Shown: in pieces, positions 53,496 to 64,000 of the stretch
Numbering within the stretch: the stretch's first letter is position 1
How the letters are laid out: each line of letters opens with the position of its first letter
NCBI RefSeq assembly: GCF_006345805.1
Contig: NC_043000.1
Span: 105,462,001-105,526,000 of the forward strand
Source: Octopus sinensis
Taxonomy: Eukaryota
Reading direction: 5' to 3'
DNA length: 64,000 bases
Translations under genes and position numbers: made by a program
The notes under the pieces: model-generated
What the model was told of the DNA's origin: nothing
Databases searched by the model: none
Seen by the model: only the letters and a program-made list of their open reading frames with translations

Positions 53496-54356
53496 CGTGT
53501 TATTGATTATTTGTTTATATACAGGATTATTATGAAAAAAGAATGATTGCTTGTTTGTTTGTTTTTTTTACATTGCTGCAATTTTTTAAACTTTCAATTT
53601 CTAATGCTAGTTATGCACTCGTTCTTATTTTTCTACTTGTTATTGTTGCTCTATTTGTTGAATGTGTGTTTGATTCACTGTTATGATTTGGCATCACTAC
53701 ACTGGTAATACTACAAATATATCAATATCAGTAGTGGATAATGCAAACTTGTAAGAAGAACTGTGCTCTCACCCCAACTTCATTTTTGCTGCAATCAAAG
53801 CATATGTGACTATTGCAAGGTACTTCCAAGAAGTATGAGATTCATTAACAAATATATACAAATATGTCTACATACCTATGCATATGTGCATATATATTCA
53901 AATGCACATTTGCATGCAATTACATATGTGTGTATGTGTGTTTGAGTGTATGCCTATGTTACACATACGTATATTTATGTGAGTGCGTGTTGAGATATAT
54001 ATACATATATATGTATGATTGTATAATTTCTATATATTACTTATGTAAATATATATGCATGCATGTGTTTTGTGTATATACTACATACGAACCTATATAT
54101 ATATATATATAATATATATATATATATTATATATATATATATATAATATATATATAAATATGTGTGTGTGTATGTGTGTGTGTATTTATGTATTATGTGT
54201 CTATATATATGTATATGTATATTTTTACGGGTGCAATGTATATATATATATTACATATTTACATAAATATGCGTGTATATATGTATATACATATACACCT
54301 AACACTCTATACGTATATTATATATTTGTTAGCGTGTGTGTGTGTGCGTGTGTGTG

Positions 54357-54401
<45 letters not shown>

Positions 54402-54585
54402 AAATATATTGTATGCTATACTAATATTATGTTTGGGTTAAGATTCTATCGATTTGTACAAATAGACAAAGTGAGCAACGACAACTGAGAAAAGATTTGC
54501 CTCCGTGGAATTTCGATGCGTGAATGGCGGCGTTAGCAGAACAGACATGAATATATGTAGTAGATTGCTGCTGCAGATTATGTGA

Positions 54586-54717
54586 CAGGTGCTGCAGCTG
54601 CATCGCTTCTTGTTATTGAACATGCCATCTCATTAACATTTTTATTGCTGTTACTATTATTAGCAACGCTTTTGTTAGGCAGGGAAATCCGGGATTTTGT
54701 GGGGATTTCCTGATTGG
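54586..54717. promoter_or_regulatory. Candidate upstream regulatory module (E-boxes, kappaB-like sites, CCAAT)
   Basis: CAGGTG 54586, CAGCTG 54595, GGGAAATCC 54682, GGGGATTTCC 54701, ATTGG 54713, in a non-repetitive island ~1.8 kb upstream of the ATG. Confidence 0.35.
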
Positions 54718-54831
54718 TTGTCTGTAGCAGTCACAATTTTCGATGGAAATATATATAAATACACACGCATGCGCGCACTCACTCATACATACGCACACAT
54801 CACACACATACAAGTGTGTTTGTTAGTATGA

Positions 54832-54951
<120 letters not shown>

Positions 54952-55386
54952 ATGTATGTATGTATGCATGAATGTATGTATGTGTGTATGTATGAATGTA
55001 TGTATGCATGTATGCATGTATGTATGTATGTATTATCTATGAATTAAATTTTGAATTTAGTTCACGCATCCCCACTACTATCTTTGCAGACCATCAAGGA
55101 TGTGCGGACCACAGGTTGGGAATCACTGTACTATAATGCATATATGTAAATACATATATATTATAAAGATATATGTGTATGCGTATGTGTACAAATATAT
55201 ATAAATATACAAATACATGGCCTATTTTTTGGATATTCTGTCCGACGATATAACGACTTTGCCAAACCTAGGTAGATGGATAGATACATAAATGCTCATA
55301 TATGTATATACACATATGTAGATATGTATCATATGTGTGTGTGTGTGTTTGTGTGCGTGCGTGAGTGTATGCATGTATGTATATGC

Positions 55387-55467
<81 letters not shown>

Positions 55468-55644
55468 TGCATACGTACAACTATGCGTATATATAACAAC
55501 TATGCGTATATCTGTTGTGTACATGTGTGTATAAGCGTATGTAATGCATATTTGTATATATATGTATGTACACATATACATATATACGTGCACAATTGCA
55601 CACGTACATTTATTCCTATATGCATATGTATTCATTTATTTATT

Positions 55645-55926
55645 TACTTGTTTCAATCATTTGACTGCGACCATGCTGGAGTATCGCCTTTAGTCGAACA
55701 AATCGACCCCAGGACTTATTCTTTGCAAGCCCAGTACTTATTCTATTGACTCTTATGCCGAGCCTCTAAGTTACGGGGACGTAAACACACCAACATCAGT
55801 TGTCAAGCGATGGTGGGGGGGGGACAAACACAGACGCACACACACGCACGCACACACACACACACATACACGCACACACACGCACGCACAGACACAGACG
55901 CAGACACCACACACACACACACCACA

Positions 55927-55960
<34 letters not shown>
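55645..55960 (-). mobile_element. SINE family B body with internal (CA)n
   Basis: tcatttgactgcgaccatgctggag..aatcgaccccaggacttattc..aagttacggggacgtaaacacacc; reverse match to 59670-59870. Confidence 0.8.
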
Positions 55961-56012
<52 letters not shown>

Positions 56013-56106
56013 TATATATATTAATCAATTTAGGGTAGCAAAAAATTCAATAGAAATTTATCGCTACCAGCGGCCTAGTGGAAAAGAGAAAATAGTCAAA
56101 GACTAA

Positions 56107-56285
56107 ATATATATAAATATAACAATTTAGGAATGGCCTTAACAGGCCATTCGTCCACCAGAAAGAGCAGCCAGAACTCAACCGCCAAGTAGAATTGCAC
56201 TACTTGGCGGTTTGAGTTCTGGCTGCTCTTTCTGGTGGACGAATGGCCTGTTAAGGCCATTCCTAAATGTTATATTTATATATAT
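56107..56285. repeat. Long palindrome (~85-bp arms, 7-nt loop)
   Basis: tttaggaatggccttaacaggcc..ccgccaagtag-aattgca-ctacttggcgg..ggccattcctaaa. Confidence 0.92.
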
Positions 56286-56410
56286 ATATATATATATCGC
56301 TAGCCTTTTCTATATTCTCTCTGCTTATTTCTGTGTTCCTTTCTATTGAAGAGCGTAGGCTCGAAACGTAAAAGACTTTCTCACTTCTCGAGCGTTAATT
56401 TAATACATCT

Positions 56411-56430
56411 GTGGTGGTGGTGGTGGTGTG

Positions 56431-56506
<76 letters not shown>

Positions 56507-56577
56507 GCTGGTGCTGGTGGTGCTGGTGGTGCTGGTGGTGCTGGTGCTGGTGCTGGTGGTGGTGCTGGTGGTGGTGC

Positions 56578-56636
<59 letters not shown>

Positions 56637-56660
56637 TAGTAGTAGTAGTAGTAGTGGTGG
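56411..56660. repeat. (GTG)(GTA)(GTGCTG) compound microsatellite
   Basis: Direct reading. Confidence 0.95.
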
Positions 56661-56859
56661 TGGGGGGAGGGTTAATTTTTACGTGTACTCGAGTACTCTT
56701 CGTTAGTTTTGTTTTATTCGGATATCTTAAAACATTTTCATTGTAAATATTTGGTGGTCAAACTACTTCCGGCGTCTAAAAGTATTTCCGCTCTTTATTG
56801 TTAGTAAGTGATTGGTACGCCATATTATATGCACTCTAAGACTGTGGGATAACTGATGG

Positions 56860-58670
56860 GCAAGGGACTACTCGAAAAAGGACGCAAAAGCTTTCCAAAC
56901 CTACTTAGAAGTTACCATCTCTATGACAGATGCCGACTGGATTTCCCGAATGTGGACGTGAACAAACCTCATCGGGTCATCCAAGCCGTGTCTAGATTGT
57001 GTATTCAAAGTGATCGGCCATACAGATCACAAATCTATGATCTGTACGATCGACCCTGCTTTGTAGGCAGGGACCCACTTACTGGAAGTTGAATGCCTCT
57101 TTCGTGACGCACCGAGATTACAAGTCAAGATTAGCGAATTAGTTGAGCGGGTGTTAACAAGGGCAAATGTCAACAATAAACGGTGGTTTGCCCTGAAAAT
57201 GGTACGGAAGTAGCAATAGAGAAAAACTAGAAAAGAAGGAGGCTTAGTCATAACTCGACCAGTTTTTCAATGCAAAGCACGAAGAATGTGTTATCAGAAT
57301 TAAGGCATGTGTTCTAAGATATGAAGAAACAAAATCTGTTCGATAGGCTCGAGTGGCAGAGGTGTAATGTTGCAACAAAGCTGAAATTCAATCTCTGATG
57401 AGCGTGCTACTCGATCTCAAGCAGAAGTGCGGGACTTTGTTCGACTATTAGATCGAAGGATGGACATCCATGTCTACTTCGATGGCCAGCCACAACTCTT
57501 GGCAACGGAGGCAAAAAGCCGATAACAGCCAGGGAAATGTAGGAAGCGATGGGTAGCAGCACTGTGGGGAGAATCACCTAGTTTTGCCCCGCTACGTATT
57601 TTATTTTCTGATGACAGACTTGTTCGACACCTCTTATCATCTAGCTATTTCAACTAGCAACAGCGTGAGAATATCCCCAGTTCTGTGAGTCGAGAGTGGT
57701 TGCTCAGACTGCTAAACGCAGTTTCTTGAAGACTACTAAATGTAGACTTGAAGATTTTGGCCAAGGAGTTAACGATGAGATATTCTGACTGGTATTGCGC
57801 AAATCTCATCTGATACTTCATAGAGAGAGGCAAGAAACCTAGCATGGGTGGGGATTTGATCAATTTAAAGCTTTCGGTACCAGCTCTTGGTGGCTGTCCT
57901 CGTGGCAGCTGGTTTCGGTCTCATTTTCAAAGGCTGGATCGCTGCAATGTACGGTGACATCTAATTGGTGCTAAGAGTAAGTGGCCAGTTATAGGAACCA
58001 TTTAGTATCATGTGCTCTGTTCGTCAAGATTCTCCCCTCTCGTTCCTTCAGCATGTACTAACCTTAGAGCCACTATTGCGGGGACTGGGACTGAAAATAT
58101 TGCATTCATATCTGCACTGGGTTTGCTTAGGAGAGGTTATTGTGTCCTAGCATATGTGCTGCTTCTTCTAATTTTCATATTTTCCAGTGGTGTTCTCTAT
58201 TATTTTAACTTCGTCCCAGAGGGGAAGATGGTCTCCGGTTTTCCATACATGGTCGGCTATACCCGATTTTTCAATATCCCCTTGTGTCACAGCTTTACGA
58301 TGTTCCTTCTACCCTTATTTTAAGGGGGTGGAATGTTTCGCCTTCGTATAACCTACCGCAACTGCATGGGATGGAGTACACGCAGTTTTTTGTCATATTC
58401 TCTTCTATGGGTAGTTTTACTCGAAGATATTTGTGAAGTGATGTATTAATTCTGAATACTCTCCTGGTGTCGTATAGACCACATATCTCCTGTATCTTTT
58501 GCGAGGGGCCCTTGACATAGGATAAACAGGCTGTGGTCAGTTTTGGGGTTTCATTCTCTGTCCTCTTCCTAACTGGAGTGGGTAGTATATTTTCTGGATA
58601 GTTGTTGCAAAGCAGATCATTTCTTCGTAGTGTTATCGGGATCGCTACTTATAGACTTTGCTCGATGTTT
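56860..58670 (+). mobile_element. Decayed, internally deleted Tx1/L1-like LINE
   Basis: CLDCVF..IGHTDHK (APE SDH motif), GPTYWKLNAS, RLLNVDLKILAKELTMR and GGDLINL..KAF (RT). The 3' boundary is uncertain. Confidence 0.7.
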
Positions 58671-58698
58671 TAGGTACTGAGATTAGATAGACAGACAT

Positions 58699-58785
<87 letters not shown>

Positions 58786-59504
58786 TAGATAGATAGATAG
58801 ATAGACGCACATATGCACACGCAAACAGACGCATGCATAAACACAGACACATGCGCGCGTGAGTATATCAAATTATATCATGTATACACTTGTGTATGTG
58901 TATGTAAATTACGTGTTGCATATATGAACTGTCTCACATGAATTTATATTGCACTTTTCAGTATAAAATTATTCTGTTTGCATGTTTGTATGTGTGTTTG
59001 TGTGCATGTTTGTGCGCGTGTGTGTCAAAATACGGGTATGTTTGTGCGCGTATGTATGTGTATGCGTGCATATTTGGGTGCGTGCACGATCGTTTAAGTG
59101 CGAGTGTGTGGTGTGTTGCTCCAAACAATTCATTACCCAATGGCTTTCTAATGAATATGCAATATGTGTTTGAAGACTGTTAGTCAAACATAGACTTACA
59201 CACAGATACACTCTCTGTCATACACGACACACACATACACTTACAAACACACACACACATACATACATATACACACGCACACACACACAGATATATTCTT
59301 TCTAAATTTGCCACAAAGCAAGCAATTTGTGCACAAATAATACTTTACTTAACGACCCCGAAAGGATGAAATGCAAAGTTGACCTCAGCGGGTTTGAACT
59401 CAGAACGTAAAGACACACGCACGCATACAGACGCACAAATGTACGCACTCACTTGCGCGCGCGCACACAGACAATTTTTAAAAATTAAGAGAACTATGGG
59501 AAAT

Positions 59505-59579
59505 GAACTAAGGAAATTGGGTGTCTTCTACTACAGACTGAAGCCGATCAAAGCCTTGTAAACGAATGACTGGCGGAAA

Positions 59580-59658
<79 letters not shown>

Positions 59659-59870
59659 TATGTTTGTGTGTGTGTGTATTGTGTTTGTTCCACAAAAGTC
59701 GCTTGACAACCGGCGTTGATACGTTTACGTCCCTGTAACTAAGCAGATCGGCCAAAGGGGCAGCTAGAGTAAGTACTACGCATAAAAATTAGTACTAAAG
59801 TCGATTTGTTCGACTAAACTTTTCAAGGTGGTGCCCCAACATGGCCGCAATCCAAACAAGTAAAAAATAA
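59505..59870 (+). mobile_element. SINE family B with internal (TG)n
   Basis: gtgtcttctactacag..ccgatcaaagccttgt..(TG)n..cgcttgacaaccgg..gtcgatttgttcgactaa..catggccgca. Confidence 0.78.
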
Positions 59871-61689
59871 CAAAGGTCATTTGCATGAATTTTAATAAAT
59901 AAGTTAAGAGAGGTGCGTAATGAACAACGTACACAGAAAATTCTTGATCAATTGAAATTTCTAGTAGTCAGAAGTGAAAGAGCAGCGACCATGACCTATT
60001 TAAAAGGCCTCCAAGAATTCTAATGAGGTATAAGAAGAGTGATCTCTATTCTGGAGAACTGGTCCTAATGTGTGCCATAGAGTGGACTCTGTTAGAGGCA
60101 CACAAAATCAATGTGGTTGTGCTGAACTGGACGAAAAATTAGATCTTACTACTCAGATGAAAATGAAACTTAGCTAAACTATCGCGAATACGCAGTTATT
60201 TTAAGGTTTGCGGGGTTTTCTTTTCTTTCTTTTTTCCTAGCTATGACGAAGTGAGGCAATGAAGAAACATATACATGGTCGTTCGATCTGCTAGAAATAG
60301 CAGCTAAGTCACTCTAACAAAAATTAGAGCCTACCGTCTAAAATGAGGAGGGAACGCACTGAATAACTTGGTCCAAGACGTACATTTTCTGTAAAAAAAA
60401 AAAAGACAGGATGGTCACGGCTGAAACGTTTTTGATGATGGGTTTTTTTCCCCTCCTGAGCTGGCCTGTAGAAAAGCAACCACACAGATACGACCAAAAC
60501 TGATAGGGAAATCCCAACATCAACACCTACAACAACAATGCCAATATAGCCAGCCAACACCATTGCACCCACCAACGCACTACAATTACCAAAGCAATCA
60601 ACATTGACGCCACCAGCACCAACTCAATAGACACCAAAACACTGCACTTTCACTGCCACCACCAACACCACCATCACCAACGTACCAATGATATTTTCAT
60701 AACCAACACCACCACCTCCACATCCTCTATCGCTATCATATTCATATCACTTGGCTGTTGCGAGGAAAATGTAAATTTTGTTCTACATAACGTCTGCTCA
60801 CCAATCCATTGAGCGGTAATAACTGTGTAAATGTTATCACATAACTTCATAACTATGTGATACGAATAAAGATATGTCACTGCATTTATGCATAATTATA
60901 TTTGCATATCATCGACACCATTTATCGCAGTCCTAGTAACCGTGTGAGATGCACTTCCTGGTGGTGGATGACTTTAACTTGAACTCGCCGCCGCCACCGC
61001 CATCGCTATCGTCACCGTCGCCGTCGCCGTCGTCGTTGTCGTTGCTGTTATTTAGCCCAGATCAACCTGCATCAAGCAGACCAAAACTCAGAGCCGTTCA
61101 GTGGTGAGTATGCCTCTTTTAGTTTATCGGCTACTACATAGTATAATCTGCATTCCTCCTTTTAAATTTGGTAGGGTTTAATGTAAAGGAGATTTGTGTC
61201 TCAAGACATTTCTTGCACGTTGATGACTTTGACAATGTTGCATACAATAAAAAATATCTTCAAACAGTTATGGATAAAATTTCATTGACATGTAGCATGT
61301 TAACCCTTACAATAAATCTCCATAACACTGTTGTTCTTTATCAGCCCTACCTTGGAAATAAATCATCGTTAGAATACTTGTATGGATACTGATAGTATAC
61401 GGTAAAACTTTGAAAATATTTTCCGCCGAGAGTTTATATACCCCAATATTAGACTATTTTCTATAGCCAATATACAGTGAACTCTTATAAGCTTATAATT
61501 ATATCTTGAAAAACATACCTTTCTTCAAATACTCTGGCAGGATGTTCGACAGGAATGCAAATCTTCGTGACAAAATCGCAGATAGAATTCAAAAATTATT
61601 GACACTAAATAACTATTCTTACAACATACATTTTGTCTGCTTTGTTTTGACTGTAAAATATGCACACTGTATTCAAAACCAGCTAAACA

Positions 61690-62470
61690 GTTAGACAGCC
61701 GAGTAGTTTGACTGTCAGGCATTTTGACAATATGTCCAGCCCAACACAGTTGGATTTATTTGAGCTTAGCAAATAAACTTAGAGAATTGGCACGCATGAA
61801 AACTTTTCTATTAGGAATTTTGTCTTGCAGCTTTATATTTAGAATCTTCCTTACACAAAACATGTAGATATAATTAAGCACATTAGTATGGGATTGGCAT
61901 TCTCTCAATTTCCTCGCCGTAAGGGAGAGTTGGGATGACAGCATTGTTGAGGATCTAAGCATATACCTAGGTTGCCACACACAATGTACCACGGTTTTTC
62001 AAAAGCCGCACTAACCTTGTCAATGCATATCGGTTTGAAATTTTGGCACAAGGCCAGTAATTGCGAGGAGTGGAGTAAGTCGGTTACATCAACTCTAGTG
62101 CACAACTGGTACTTATTTTATCGAACCCGAAAGGATTAAAGGCTATGTCCACCTCGCCGATATTTGAACTCGGAAAGTAAAGTCGGAAGAAATACTGCTA
62201 AGCCGGTGACGATTCTGTCACCTTGCCACCTTACCTTGCCAATATGTATTGATACTTCTACATCGATGCAGGTATTTGATGAGAATGTACTTCCAAGATA
62301 CTTAAAATTGCTCAGTGGTTCAACTCAGTCTCACTTTTATTTCAAACGATAAACACTCCGGATAACCCAAGATAGGTGGCTGCAGTACTTGTTTCTGCAG
62401 TGTTGATAGTGAAGCCAAAGTTATTAGAAGTTTTTGAGAATTTATCAATACAAACTTTTAAGCTATACTC
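61690..62470 (-). mobile_element. RTE-clade LINE RT C-terminal fragment, interrupted by a SINE
   Basis: FGFTINT, NFKYLGSTFS, KVSAAF, CVRKILNIKLQDKIPN..V, LCWAGHIVKMPD. Confidence 0.78.
62031..62231 (-). mobile_element. Family A SINE inserted in the RTE fragment
   Basis: Reverse core sequence, flanked by accttgtcaat (62014) and accttgccaat (62233). Confidence 0.85.
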
Positions 62471-62474
62471 ATCT

Positions 62475-62552
<78 letters not shown>

Positions 62553-62799
62553 GTTTAGTCCCTAGCTTGCTCTGATTGAGCAGAACTGTAACCAAAAGTC
62601 TTGACCATCGTGTCTTTACCTATGTACAGAAATTCCAGAATCACATTATCCACGTGTCCTTTCTGAATACAGCACTGTGTGATTTAACACTCTTTAGATT
62701 GCTATTTCTAGAATGATGAGCAATCACTAAAAACTCTCTTGGTGGTGCGTATATGTTACTGGTTTGGTCCGGAAAAAGCAGTTGTGTGTCGTGCCTACG

Positions 62800-64000
62800 G
62801 CCTTCGCAGGCTGTTCAAGACAAATGAATCGATGCAGTTAACATTCCTTTTGAACGGCAACATTTCAATATCTGAAGGGAATATATGAGCAGGGGTGGAC
62901 TTCTGTAAGGGCAACCAGGGTACGACGAACTGGTCGCAAGGGTTAGTACAGTGTCTGGAATCTTGACATGATATAGTCACAAACAAAAGAGGAGTTAGTT
63001 GGAAGTACCTGAGGAGAGATGACAGGAGATCAGCAAAAATGTTGGAGCAGAAGCCACTTTAGTCGTAGTGGAAAATGCAAAAAGAGGAGACAGCACGTCT
63101 AAAGGACATTGGTGTCTTGATGAATGACTTCGTATTAATCAGGCGATTAGCCTTTCTTTGGATGTCATTTTGGAATGTCTATGGATGTCTGTAGGATGTC
63201 TGTATGTTCACCCCAAACGTGGGAGCAGTCTTCTATTGTGGGTTTTCCTGAGCTTCTCAAAAGATTAATAGTTACTCAATGCCGAAGGATCTTTGGATTT
63301 TGAAGCAGAAGGCCAGTCGCCTTTATAATGCCATTTTTGCTATGTTGAGGAATTGTTTTCACCGAGATGATGAGGTCCAGCATTTGTAACGTGCTTGAGA
63401 TTTCTAGTTGTGTACCTTTGATGTTTAGATTACAGGAGGTTTGCGGTAATGGCATCTTGATATACGTAGTGATCGTGTATATTTGCAGTCAGAGAAGACA
63501 CGATTTGGCAAGACCTTATTGAAAGATGTTTACAAGATCTCTCTTCATGGAGTCAATGCAGATATGGTGTGAGATGTGGAAGTATAGCGGTGACATGTGG
63601 ATGATGCTTGAATACAGAATGTTAAGGAAGAATGAAGAGCGGTATCATCTGCTATAAGTGGACACTTTTCACAGTGGAGTGAATAGATCGCTGCTATTAC
63701 AGAAGGAGAGGAAGAGATCGAAATTTAGAGCACACCAATGTGCTTAGAGTGTGAGTCAAAGAGGGCACCACCAACATGCGCTGCAATAGTGCAATCTGAT
63801 TAGAAGCCATCGATCCTAAACACGAGAAAGATATGAAAGCCATCAACGAGATGTTTTGACAAGATGAAAGCCATCAACGAGATTCACGAAATAGACACAT
63901 ACGAGAGCCTTGTTTATATCAAGAACAACAACACTGCCTTCACCAAATTTCACGAATGCAAGAACTCACTAGGGAATGACACGGGAGAGCTGGTTTACTG
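62800..64000 (-). mobile_element. Decayed CR1/Jockey-group LINE (RT to C-terminus), running off the window end
   Basis: FGEGSVVVLDINKAL, ADDTALHSS, QRKANRLI..RRAVSSFCIF, PAHIFPSDIEMLPFKRNVN. Confidence 0.7.

Overview
This is eukaryotic, AT-rich, microsatellite-dense animal DNA; the SINE families and repeat landscape look like an Octopus (coleoid cephalopod) genome, which is inferred from recall rather than a search. The only host gene I can support is a 4-coding-exon calmodulin-like / myosin-light-chain-like gene on the minus strand (52849-52774, 44027-43887, 33033-32782, 32221-32190). It has canonical GT-AG phase-1 introns and encodes 166 aa with four degenerate EF-hand loops. Almost all ORFs in the supplied track are translations of simple repeats. 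The rest of the window is decayed transposons: tRNA-derived SINEs, R4/Dong, RTE/RTEX, Tx1/L1 and CR1-like LINEs, a Penelope-like element, a mariner nested in a hAT, a tandem Helitron and MITEs. There are also several long palindromes. No CRISPR, rRNA or intact tRNA gene was seen, and I found no convincing new multi-gene system. Repeat boundaries are approximate.
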